The notes under the pieces are model-generated. The model made no database searches. It was not told where the DNA came from and was given only the letters and a program-made list of their open reading frames with translations. A program made the translations under genes and the position numbers. Positions 1 through 8,449 of a stretch of 64,000 nt of DNA are shown here, piece after piece (position 1 is the first letter of the stretch; every line of letters starts with the position of its first letter). Origin of the DNA: Minisyncoccia bacterium (GTDB lineage: Bacteria > Patescibacteriota > Minisyncoccia > UBA6257 > 2-01-FULL-56-20); the NCBI GenBank assembly GCA_049997875.1, contig JBEKRC010000005.1:1679-65678 (forward strand), in the 5' to 3' direction.

Positions 1-147
1 ATCCAGCACCATCTTAAAAAATGGTGCTGGATTGTTTTTTGGAGGGCTTTGTGATATAATATAATGGAAGTGCTGCTGGCGTTTGGTCTCCTCTGAGGAC
101 GAAGTCGGCAAAACGCCAGCAGTACTTCCTAAGCGTTATTTAAGGAG

Positions 148-1131
148 ATGTTCAAGAAACTAAAGCGTTATTTTATTCCGAACGAGGGAAACGATCACAG
201 GCCGCACATCCTGCGGCCGCAGGCGGTTGCTTTTGTGTGCCTTATCGCGATTGCCGCGGAGGGCGTTTTTCTCTTCGGTTCGTCATTCGTGATTCCGCGC
301 GTGAAGCTTTTCGGACTGATCATCGCGAATGCGCTCGTTGACAGTACGAACCAGGCGCGCGCTGCCGCTGATCTCCCTGCGCTTCGCGAAAGCGGGCTTT
401 TGGACGCGGCGGCGCAAGAGAAGGCGAACGACATGGTGACGAACAATTACTTTGCGCACACGAGCCCGTCTGGGCTCACGCCGTGGTATTGGTTTCAGAA
501 TGTAGGCTATCAGTTTGCCGTTGCAGGGGAGAATCTTGCGGTGGATTTTGCCGATTCGTCGGACGTGACGAATGCGTGGCTCAACTCCCCCGAGCACCGC
601 GCGAATATCATGAACGCCGGTTTCTCCGAGATCGGCATGGCGACGGCGCAAGGTGAATTTGAAGGCCATCCCGCAGTGTATGTGGTGGAACTCTTCGGTA
701 CGCCGCCGGTTTCGGTCATTCCTTCCGTGGCGGCTGCGCCGCTCCTCGTCGCAACAAACACAACAAATTCCGCTTCGCAGCAGAATCTTGCGGTGGTGAA
801 GGGTGCGCAAACAGAAGCGGTTTCCGCGACAACGGCCGGCACGGCGACGACCGCGGGAAGATCGCTCGCGTCTACACAAGCGCCCGCCCAGTCCCCATCG
901 CCGCAAACCAACCTCGTCCAGGGCGCCTTCGCCGATCCGCGCCGAACCGTGGATTATTTCTACTTCGGCATTGCGATCTTTTTTGCCATTGCCCTCTTCC
1001 TTAATATCTTTATCAAGATCCGCATTCAGCACCCGCAGCTCATTCTCGGAGGAATGTTGGTTATCCTCCTTGCGGGGCTTTTCATTGTTCTTAACCAGCA
1101 CTTCGGCACTTCGGGAGGCGTTATTGTATAG
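148..1131 (+). CDS. CAP/SCP (PR-1-like, YkwD-type) domain protein with N- and C-terminal hydrophobic segments
   Basis: Central CAP-domain signature NNYFAHTSPSG...NAWLNSPEHRANIMN...SEIGMA. A predicted TM helix lies near the N-terminus and another at the C-terminus. Confidence 0.6.
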   Translation: MFKKLKRYFIPNEGNDHRPHILRPQAVAFVCLIAIAAEGVFLFGSSFVIPRVKLFGLIIANALVDSTNQARAAADLPALRESGLLDAAAQEKANDMVTNNYFAHTSPSGLTPWYWFQNVGYQFAVAGENLAVDFADSSDVTNAWLNSPEHRANIMNAGFSEIGMATAQGEFEGHPAVYVVELFGTPPVSVIPSVAAAPLLVATNTTNSASQQNLAVVKGAQTEAVSATTAGTATTAGRSLASTQAPAQSPSPQTNLVQGAFADPRRTVDYFYFGIAIFFAIALFLNIFIKIRIQHPQLILGGMLVILLAGLFIVLNQHFGTSGGVIV

Positions 1132-1190
1132 TTTATCAGCTCCGCCCCATTGCGGGTCTATTTTTTTTGGCATAAGCTCAAAGCATAGCG

Positions 1191-2921
1191 ATGCCGTCGC
1201 CCACCACCGAACTCATCAAGAGCAAGCTGGACATTGTGGATTTCCTCCGCGGCTATTTGACGCTCACGCCCGCGGGAAAAAATTTCAAGGCGCTGTGCCC
1301 GTTCCATAAGGAGAAGACACCATCGTTCATGGTATCGCCCGAGCGGCAGTCGTGGCACTGCTTCGGGTGCGGCGTTGGCGGCGATATCTTTGGCTTCGTG
1401 ATGCGTTACGAGAACATGGAGTTCGGCGAAGCGCTCCGCCTGCTTGCGGAAAAAGCGGGTGTGGAACTGCGCCGCGAGAACCCCGCCGAGTACCGCTATG
1501 CGGGCTTGCTCTACGATCTGAACGACGCAGCAAAAAATTATTTCAGGAAGGCGCTTGCGGCGGCGCCCGTCGCAAAAAAATATCTGGCTGAGCGCGGCCT
1601 CACGCCGGAAACGGTTGAAGAATTTGAACTCGGCTGGGCGCCGAACGAACCGGAGGCGCTTTCCATGTTCCTCCTAAACTCCGGCAGCGCGCCGCAGGAC
1701 CTCATTCAGGCGGGACTCTCCATTAAAACCGAGCGAGGGCTCATGCTTGACCGCTTCCGCGGGCGCATCATGTTCCCGATCCATAATCATCAGGGCAAGG
1801 TGGTCGGCTTTACCGGGCGTATCCTGCCGCAGATAGAAAAAACACTCGCTGCAAACAAAGGCCAAGAGGTCGCGAAATATGTGAACAGTCCCGAGACGCC
1901 GATTTTCCAGAAATCGCGCCTGCTCTACGGATTTTGGAAAAGCAAGGATGCCATCCGCGAGGCGAAGTCGGCGTTCCTCGTGGAGGGCCAGATGGACTTT
2001 TTGATGAGTTGGCAATCCGGGGTGAAAAACGTGATTGCGAGCTCGGGCACCGCGTTGACCGCCGACCACCTGCGGTCGCTTCGCCGCCTCGCTGACGAAT
2101 TAATAGTGAGTTTTGACAACGATACTGCCGGTTCCGACGCTGCCGAGCGGGCGATTGACCTTGCCGAGGCAAACGACTTTGCGGTGAAAGTGGCCATCGT
2201 GAAAGATTTTAAAGATGCGGCCGATGCTGCGCAGGCGGACCCTCTGAATGTGCAAAGGGCGGTGAGCGGCGCCGTGGCCGCTCCGATTTTCTATTTTGAG
2301 AAATATCTTCCAAAAGATCCTGAAAAATTGAAAACGCGCGAAGGCCTGCGCGAGCTCCGCGTCGTGCTCGGAAAATTGAAGAACATCGCAAGTCCCGTGG
2401 AGCGCGGGTTTTGGCTGAAGGATCTTTCTGCACGAACGGGTATCGCGGAAAAGATATTGGAGGAAGAAGCAGCGAGGGCAAGCGCCACGGGCATTCTGGC
2501 CGCCGCGCCAAAAGAAGAAGCAGCGGCAAAGCGCGAAGTAGGACGCGCCGAGCTCATCGTTGAAGCGTTGCTTGCCGCCGCGCTCGCAAAAAATGATTTC
2601 ACACTATTTGATGACTGCGCGGCATTTTTGGATCCTGTCCAAAAAGAAATTCTCCGCATACTGAGGAGCGGAGAGACAAAGAGCGAAGACCCGTCGTTAG
2701 ACGAGACGATCGGACTCATCGTACTCCGCGCCCCGGGCGACATCGCGCCCGAAGAAATTGAGGCACTCAAGGCCGAGCTCTCAAAAGAATATTATAAAGA
2801 GCGCCGGAAAATCCTTTCGCTGGCGATAAAGAACGCCGAGGCTCGCGGCAATGAGGTGGAGCTCAAAGCGGCGCTTGAGGAATTGAAAAACCTGCCGGTG
2901 GCCTGGGCAGGGGAGTCCTAG
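1191..2921 (+). CDS. dnaG: DNA primase DnaG
   Basis: CHC2 zinc finger (CPFHKEKTPSF...WHCFGCGVGGD) followed by a TOPRIM region (EGQMDFL...SFDND). Length 576 aa is typical. Lies upstream of rpoD. Confidence 0.9.
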   Translation: MPSPTTELIKSKLDIVDFLRGYLTLTPAGKNFKALCPFHKEKTPSFMVSPERQSWHCFGCGVGGDIFGFVMRYENMEFGEALRLLAEKAGVELRRENPAEYRYAGLLYDLNDAAKNYFRKALAAAPVAKKYLAERGLTPETVEEFELGWAPNEPEALSMFLLNSGSAPQDLIQAGLSIKTERGLMLDRFRGRIMFPIHNHQGKVVGFTGRILPQIEKTLAANKGQEVAKYVNSPETPIFQKSRLLYGFWKSKDAIREAKSAFLVEGQMDFLMSWQSGVKNVIASSGTALTADHLRSLRRLADELIVSFDNDTAGSDAAERAIDLAEANDFAVKVAIVKDFKDAADAAQADPLNVQRAVSGAVAAPIFYFEKYLPKDPEKLKTREGLRELRVVLGKLKNIASPVERGFWLKDLSARTGIAEKILEEEAARASATGILAAAPKEEAAAKREVGRAELIVEALLAAALAKNDFTLFDDCAAFLDPVQKEILRILRSGETKSEDPSLDETIGLIVLRAPGDIAPEEIEALKAELSKEYYKERRKILSLAIKNAEARGNEVELKAALEELKNLPVAWAGES

Positions 2922-2982
2922 TTTTGAGTCGTTAGTTCCAATCCTTGTGCGCTACCAATGTTAATGTTGTATAATCATTATT

Positions 2983-3360
2983 ATGGATGGAGAGAAGAAA
3001 CTTGAATTTGGACATGTGGAATATCCGTATGAACAGAGGATAGACAATGGAGCTAGCCCCGTCCGGCTTCGCGTTGAAAGATTGGCCAGAAATCTTGAAT
3101 TCTGTGGCTTAGAACAAGCTTCCATTCTGAAGATAGTGAATGCAATAGCCGAGTTTTCTGCGGCGGTTTCTCGTGATCGTGCGAGAGGCATGCATCTTGG
3201 TTCTACCAACCCAGAAACCACTCTCATGGGCGAAATATTAAAAAACGACCCTTCCTACTATGGGCTGCAGACGCAGACAGAGTTGAGGTTAATAGCAAAA
3301 CTGATAGAAGCATCTTGTATAAACGAGAACGATATTAAAGAGCTGGCAGGGAATTTGTAG
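2983..3360 (+). CDS. hypothetical protein (low-GC islet between dnaG and rpoD)
   Basis: 125-aa ORF in an AT-rich segment with TATAAT roughly 15 nt upstream of the ATG. No recognisable motif. Confidence 0.4.
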   Translation: MDGEKKLEFGHVEYPYEQRIDNGASPVRLRVERLARNLEFCGLEQASILKIVNAIAEFSAAVSRDRARGMHLGSTNPETTLMGEILKNDPSYYGLQTQTELRLIAKLIEASCINENDIKELAGNL

Positions 3361-3531
3361 ATTTATATCTTGAGGATTATCCAAATCGGTGCGTTCTCGC
3401 AATCATTAAATTTTTATTAAATGATTCTTGACACTTTCGCCTTGGACGCTACACTGATAGCAGCGAAAGAGTTCAGTCTTTTGTGGAGTTGAAATGCAGG
3501 AAGGCTCTACTGCGGGGCGCTCCCGGGAGCG

Positions 3532-4026
3532 TTACGATGGAGGGTTAGCCGTCCTCCCGCTCCACAAAAGATTGAACTTTTTCAGATATCGCTCTCTTGT
3601 AAAAGATGCGGATACTATTTCTATGGAAGTATCTTCTTTATTAACCACTATTTCGACCGATATCAAATATGTTCTTTGATGTATGTTTTTGACGAGCAGA
3701 AAATCACCTCGTTTGTCGGGATTGTTGCGGTATATACGGTCGGGACGTTTTATTATATCCGTGAGATTCTCCAAAATCAGCAAAAAATCTTCCGGCGTAT
3801 GTTTATCAAAAATATGCCGATCGTAAACATGCTTCAGTGCTTTGGTGCTGATATAAACGCGTCGGTTCGTGCTTCTTTTCCGTCGGCGCATGATTTTTCC
3901 TGACGTTCGCCGTACGTTGCATAAATATAGTTTCTTAGTCGGTGTCAATGCCTTGGGTCCTGTATGCGCTATATATTTTTTGTAGAGATCGCGGATGGCA
4001 GACATGGCGCATTCACCATAGGACAA
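3532..4026 (-). CDS. hypothetical protein (low-GC islet); possible start at Met8
   Basis: 164-aa ORF convergent with the 2983 gene. It has a basic N-region and a conserved-looking ALKHVYDRH segment. Function unknown. Confidence 0.4.
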   Translation of the reverse strand: MSYGECAMSAIRDLYKKYIAHTGPKALTPTKKLYLCNVRRTSGKIMRRRKRSTNRRVYISTKALKHVYDRHIFDKHTPEDFLLILENLTDIIKRPDRIYRNNPDKRGDFLLVKNIHQRTYLISVEIVVNKEDTSIEIVSASFTRERYLKKFNLLWSGRTANPPS

Positions 4027-4100
4027 AGGGCATTAAAAAAAGCTAAAACGGGGCGCGCTTGCCAAACGGCGAAAAATAGTCAATAATAAAACATTCTCTG

Positions 4101-5327
4101 ATGCCCACCCATCGCAAGAAGCCCAAGAAGAGGCCGCAAAAAAAAGGCGGCATGAGGAAGCGCGCCCTCAAACGAAGGGCGGCGAAAACGAAAGCCGCGA
4201 AACGCCCAAAAGGCAAAAAAAAGCCGCTTTCAAAACTGGAGAAAGCCGTCAAGGCCAACGCGGCGGAGATAGAGGAGCTCATTGAACGCGGCCGGCCGCG
4301 CGGATTCGTGACGGACAACGAGATTCTTTACTATTTCCCGAAGATAGAGGACAGCGTGGAGTTGCTTGATGAGATTTACGATCGGCTGGAAAAAGCCGGT
4401 ATTAAAGTGATTGAAACGAGCGCGCTCATAGATTTCTCGAAGGACGAAGGAGAAAAGAACATTGACGAGTCGCTCGCGTTTGAAGGCGATGTGCCGGACG
4501 CCGTACAGATGTATTTGAAGGAAATAGGGAAAACGCCGCTTCTATCAAAAGACGAAGAACGCGAGCTCGCGAAGCGCGCGGAGAAAGGAGACGAGGAAGC
4601 GCGGCAGAAATTGATGAAGGCCAATTTACGGTTGGTGGTCTCCATCGCAAAGCGTTACGTGAACCGCACGCCGCACTTGAGCATTCTTGATCTCATCCAA
4701 GAGGGGAATATCGGCCTCTCTCGCGCGGTGGAAAAATTCGACTATCGGCGCGGGTTCAAATTCTCTACGTACGCAACGTGGTGGATCCGCCAAGCGATCA
4801 CGCGCGCGCTTGCCGACCAATCGCGCACCGTCCGCATTCCGGTGCACATGGTGGAGACAATTTCCAAATACACGCAGGTGCGTCGGCAGCTGATTCAGGA
4901 ATTGGGCCGCGATCCACTGGCCGAAGAGATCGCCGCGGAGATGGGAATAGACGTGGACAGGGTGCGCCACATCCAGAAGATTTCGCAGGAGGTGCTTTCC
5001 ATTGAGACGCCGATCGGCGACGAGGAGGACTCCACGCTTTCCGATTTCATTCCCGACGAGCGGAACGCGACGCCCTCGCAGCTTACGGCGCGCGCGATGC
5101 TCCGCGACCTCATCCGTGAGATCATGGTGGACCTCACCGAACGCGAACAGCAGATTTTAAAGATGCGGTTCGGCCTTGATGATGGCATCAGCCACACGCT
5201 TGAGGAAGTGGGGAGGGCCTTCGGCGTCACGCGCGAGCGCATCCGGCAGATTGAAGCGAAGGCGCTGGAGAAGATCCGCGAGCACGGCAAAGCGCCGGCG
5301 CTGGAGGGCTTTGAGAGCCTCACCTGA
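4101..5327 (+). CDS. rpoD: RNA polymerase sigma-70 factor RpoD with a Lys-rich N-terminal extension
   Basis: Region 1.2/2 ([15 protein letters not shown]...[11 protein letters not shown]...IQEGNIGL...[18 protein letters not shown]) and region 4 ([24 protein letters not shown]). Confidence 0.9.
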   Translation: MPTHRKKPKKRPQKKGGMRKRALKRRAAKTKAAKRPKGKKKPLSKLEKAVKANAAEIEELIERGRPRGFVTDNEILYYFPKIEDSVELLDEIYDRLEKAGIKVIETSALIDFSKDEGEKNIDESLAFEGDVPDAVQMYLKEIGKTPLLSKDEERELAKRAEKGDEEARQKLMKANLRLVVSIAKRYVNRTPHLSILDLIQEGNIGLSRAVEKFDYRRGFKFSTYATWWIRQAITRALADQSRTVRIPVHMVETISKYTQVRRQLIQELGRDPLAEEIAAEMGIDVDRVRHIQKISQEVLSIETPIGDEEDSTLSDFIPDERNATPSQLTARAMLRDLIREIMVDLTEREQQILKMRFGLDDGISHTLEEVGRAFGVTRERIRQIEAKALEKIREHGKAPALEGFESLT

Positions 5328-5479
5328 TCTTTTGTCCTGACCCGCTTCGGACTCGAGAAATGTAATTCGCTCACAACGAAAATGTGCCACCCTCTCGCCT
5401 TCGGCGGGGGTCCCGGCACATTTTCTGCTCGCTCAAACATTTCTTTCTCGTCCTTCGCTAGGTTGCGGACAAAAGATCA
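5325..5479. ncRNA. structured RNA-like element, copy A: core GAAAATGTGCC-ACCCTCTCGCC-UUCG-GCGGGGGTCC-GGCACATTTTC enclosed by a 13-bp long-range helix
   Basis: Perfect 13-bp inverted repeat tgatcttttgtcc (5325-5337) / ggacaaaagatca (5467-5479). The inner 11-bp stem has A/T tracts on both sides and encloses a UUCG-tetraloop hairpin. The same core recurs at 24773-24820 with compensatory g/c swaps. It may also act as the rpoD terminator. Confidence 0.4.
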
Positions 5480-5498
5480 GGTTCGGCCCTTGCTGAAT

Positions 5499-5533
5499 CA
5501 TTTAATAATTTTTTAATGTCCCGCGAGTATAAT
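5499..5533 (+). promoter_or_regulatory. AT-rich promoter motif TTTAATAATTTTTTAATG plus gagTATAAT; near-leaderless for the 5541 gene
   Basis: Motif at 5499-5518 and TATAAT at 5528-5533. The ATG follows 7 nt later. The motif recurs upstream of accessory genes across the window. Confidence 0.5.
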
Positions 5534-5540
5534 ATTCGTA

Positions 5541-6071
5541 ATGGACATTATAGGGATCTTGAATTATCTCGGCATAACGCACGACAGGGCGCTTCCTTTC
5601 GCCATACTTATAGTGGCGATGATTTATATTAGCTATGCTTTTACCGCGCCGATAAAACGATCTGTCTCAAAAATATCCAACGCGATATTGGAGATACAGA
5701 CGATATTTCACCAGGATGGCGTGGAATTGAAATGTCATCTTGCAGAAGGAACAGGCAGCCCGCTACAGCCCACTCATTATGGGAAACAGCTCATTGTGGA
5801 GAGCGGCTTGGAAACCATCCTGAATGATAAGAAGGATTTTTTGAGGACGGTGCTGGCCAAGAAACTTCCGGAGAACTATACAGAGTACGATGTGCAGGAA
5901 AAGGCCCGCGAGCTTTTGATTGGGTTGAAAAGAGATCAGTTGATGAATCCCGTCAAAACATACGCGTACGAAAATGGAAAAGATATAGATATTATTTTGC
6001 GGGTTGGAGGTCTGTGGCTGAGGGATGATTTTATCGGGCAGGAAAGAAAGATAGTGCCCGAAAAAGGGTAG
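5541..6071 (+). CDS. hypothetical protein (low-GC)
   Basis: 176-aa ORF with an N-terminal hydrophobic segment. No recognisable domain. Confidence 0.45.
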   Translation: MDIIGILNYLGITHDRALPFAILIVAMIYISYAFTAPIKRSVSKISNAILEIQTIFHQDGVELKCHLAEGTGSPLQPTHYGKQLIVESGLETILNDKKDFLRTVLAKKLPENYTEYDVQEKARELLIGLKRDQLMNPVKTYAYENGKDIDIILRVGGLWLRDDFIGQERKIVPEKG

Positions 6072-6076
6072 GGTTG

Positions 6077-6110
6077 TTTTAATAATTTTTTAATGCACGG
6101 TGAGTATAAT
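6077..6110 (+). promoter_or_regulatory. AT-rich promoter motif TTTTAATAATTTTTTAATG plus gagTATAAT upstream of hicB
   Basis: Motif at 6077-6095 and TATAAT at 6105-6110. Confidence 0.5.
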
Positions 6111-6147
6111 ACTTTGCAAAGGTCGCAAAGCAAGTATTGTTATTTTT

Positions 6148-6399
6148 ATGGAGATGCCTACAATGGAATCTGTGAAGACAAAGTATAAATTTCCGTACAT
6201 CATTGAGCCGGACGAAGGCGGGTTTTATGCTACCTGTCCGGCCCTCAAAGGGTGTTCCACGCAGGGCGATACGTACGAAGAGGCACTCGCAAATATCAAA
6301 GAAGCAATCGAGGGCTATTTAGAGTGTCTTAAAAATGACGGAGAAGAAATTCCAACATCATCACATCATGGCTTGCCTACGGTAGAGATCGCCATCTAA
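6148..6399 (+). CDS. hicB: HicB-family antitoxin (UPF0150)
   Basis: YATCPALKGCSTQGDTYEEALANIKEAIEGYLE matches the HicB/UPF0150 signature. Start chosen at an internal Met of ORF 6100. Confidence 0.6.
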   Translation: MEMPTMESVKTKYKFPYIIEPDEGGFYATCPALKGCSTQGDTYEEALANIKEAIEGYLECLKNDGEEIPTSSHHGLPTVEIAI

Positions 6400-6402
6400 T
6401 CT

Positions 6403-6609
6403 ATGCCAAAACTTCCACGCCTCACCGCACGACAAGTAGCGGCTCGGCTAGAAGCGTGCAAGTTTTCGCTTTCACATCAGCGCGGGAGCCATAGATTTTA
6501 TCGTAATGCCGTCGGAAGATTGGTGACGGTCCCATTCCATGGCTCGCGCATCATCTGCCCCAAAACCCTGAAAGACATCATGCGCCAGGCGGGGATTGCG
6601 GAGTGGTGA
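6403..6609 (+). CDS. hicA: HicA-family mRNA interferase toxin
   Basis: 68 aa. LTARQVAARLEACKFSLSHQRGSHRFY...VTVPFHG...KDIMRQAGI is the YcfA/HicA pattern. Lies 4 nt after hicB. Confidence 0.7.
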   Translation: MPKLPRLTARQVAARLEACKFSLSHQRGSHRFYRNAVGRLVTVPFHGSRIICPKTLKDIMRQAGIAEW

Positions 6610-6650
6610 CGCGTTGCAATTCAGCCGGTTTTATTTTAACTTTGAGATAC

Positions 6651-8396
6651 ATGGATTCGGCAGAAATTCGCAGGAGATTTCTAAAGTTTTTTGAGGAACG
6701 CGGGCACGCGATCGTGCCTTCTTCATCTTTGATTCCCGATGATCCGTCGGTGTTGCTCACAACTGCCGGCATGCAGCAGTTTAAGCAATACTACACAGGC
6801 GAGCTTGACGCGGTGAAAGATTTCGGGAGCAAGAACACGGCCTCCATCCAAAAGTCGTTCCGCACCTCCGACATTGATGAAATAGGCGACGAAACGCACA
6901 ACACGTTTTTTGAGATGCTCGGCAGTTTCAGTTTCGGCGGTTACTGGAAAAAGGAGGCGATCGCGTGGGCGCATGAGTTTCTGACAAACGAACTGGGGCT
7001 TTCCATCTCATACGTGGTTATTTTCAAAGGATCATCCCTGATACCAAAGGACGGAGAGTCGGAACGCATTTGGCACTCCCTCGGCGTCATGGATGTCAGA
7101 GAAGGGGGGATGGACGATGTGTTTTGGGGGCCCACCGGAACATCCGGTCCTTGCGGACCGACGACCGATATTTACTGCAAAGCCGGCGACGGAAGAGAAG
7201 TGGAAAACTGGAGCATCGTTTTCAACGAGTTCTTTTGTAGCGGTTCGCGCGAGGAATTGCGCGCGGGCAAGGCGGAGCTTACGCCGCTCAAAACACGGGG
7301 CATTGATACCGGCATGGGCTTGGAGCGGCTCGCCATGGTTGCGCAGAAGAAGGGAAACATTTTTGAAACGGACCTTTTCGCGCCGCTCGCCCGCGCATTG
7401 CCGGAGAATCTCAGCACAAGAACGAAGCGCATCGCGGTTGATCATGGGCGGGCAATGGCATTTTTGATCTCTGACGGCGTCCGTCCTTCTAATAAAGAGT
7501 CGGGATATATCTTGCGCCGCCTCATGCGTCGCACTATGGTGCACGAACATCTTTCGGGCACCCCCTTCATGGAAAATATTCTTAAAGAAGTTTGCAAACA
7601 TTACCGCGCTTACTATTCAGAACTGAATGTCGATCTTGTGACAGGGGAGTTTAATAAAGAAAAAGAACGGTTTCAGAAGACACTCGTTGCCGGCCTAAAG
7701 GAATTAAAGAAAATCCCGATCATTGATACTACAAGCGCCTTCCGGCTTTACGAGACATATGGCTTGCCCTACGAGATTATTACGGAGTTAGGCGGCACCA
7801 TAGATGACGGATTGACGCGCGAAGCATTTAATGCCGAGTTCAAAAAACATCAGGAACTCTCCCGCGCCGGAGCCACGAAGAAATTCGGCGGGCACGGGTT
7901 GGTTTTGGACACGGGCGAGCTTAAAGCGGGGAGCGAAGAAGAAATGCAAAAGGTGCTGCGCTTGCACACGGCGACGCACTTGCTGCAGCAGGCGCTCCGG
8001 GAGGTACTCGGGCCCGACGTGCATCAGATGGGATCGGATATCACGCCCGAGCGCACGCGCTTTGACTTTTCCTTCCCGCGCAAAATGACGCCTGAAGAGA
8101 TCAAAAAAGCAGAGGAGATTGTGAATCAAAAGATAGGAGAAAATCTGCTGGTGGGTTTCAGGGAAATGCCGAAAAGCGAGGCGGAAAAACTGGGCGCACT
8201 CCACTTCTTCAAAGAGAAATATCCCGAAAAGGTGAAAGTGTATTACGTGGGCAGCGACCTCGCGCACGCGTGGAGCAAGGAGTTCTGCGGCGGGCCGCAC
8301 GTTGCGCACACGGGGGAGATTGGCCATTTCAGAATTGCGAAGGAAGAAGCGGTGGGCTCGGGCATCCGGCGCATCCGCGGGATGTTGGATGATTGA
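6651..8396 (+). CDS. alaS: alanyl-tRNA synthetase, short form lacking the C-Ala domain
   Basis: N-terminus RRRFLKFFEERGHAIVPSSSLIP and catalytic core present. Editing-domain metal motifs HTATHLL...CGGPHV are present. Only 581 aa. Confidence 0.8.
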   Translation: MDSAEIRRRFLKFFEERGHAIVPSSSLIPDDPSVLLTTAGMQQFKQYYTGELDAVKDFGSKNTASIQKSFRTSDIDEIGDETHNTFFEMLGSFSFGGYWKKEAIAWAHEFLTNELGLSISYVVIFKGSSLIPKDGESERIWHSLGVMDVREGGMDDVFWGPTGTSGPCGPTTDIYCKAGDGREVENWSIVFNEFFCSGSREELRAGKAELTPLKTRGIDTGMGLERLAMVAQKKGNIFETDLFAPLARALPENLSTRTKRIAVDHGRAMAFLISDGVRPSNKESGYILRRLMRRTMVHEHLSGTPFMENILKEVCKHYRAYYSELNVDLVTGEFNKEKERFQKTLVAGLKELKKIPIIDTTSAFRLYETYGLPYEIITELGGTIDDGLTREAFNAEFKKHQELSRAGATKKFGGHGLVLDTGELKAGSEEEMQKVLRLHTATHLLQQALREVLGPDVHQMGSDITPERTRFDFSFPRKMTPEEIKKAEEIVNQKIGENLLVGFREMPKSEAEKLGALHFFKEKYPEKVKVYYVGSDLAHAWSKEFCGGPHVAHTGEIGHFRIAKEEAVGSGIRRIRGMLDD

Positions 8397-8449
8397 GATT
8401 ACAGGAAGCGTTGCTTAACAAGTTCCGGCTTGGGCGCTAAAATGAGAGC

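Noticed and set aside
283-1173. Long antisense ORFs inside GC-rich genes: 283-1173 (-), 20669-21286 (+), 21048-21773 (-), 29715-30395 (+), 30660-31988 (+), 36254-36886 (-), 47196-48038 (-), 49353-49982 (+), 53519-54430 (-), 56369-57274 (-), 59411-60535 (-)
   Set aside because: They overlap genes with clear homology-level motifs on the opposite strand or another frame. Their translations are Arg/Pro/Gly-rich low-complexity, typical of GC-rich antisense frames. No independent signals were found.
5325-5479. Interpreting copies A and B of the UUCG-core element as a miniature inverted-repeat transposable element
   Set aside because: The terminal inverted repeats of the two copies are completely different in sequence and length (13 bp against 18 bp), while the internal core is conserved with compensatory changes. 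That pattern fits RNA-structure conservation rather than a transposon family with fixed ends.
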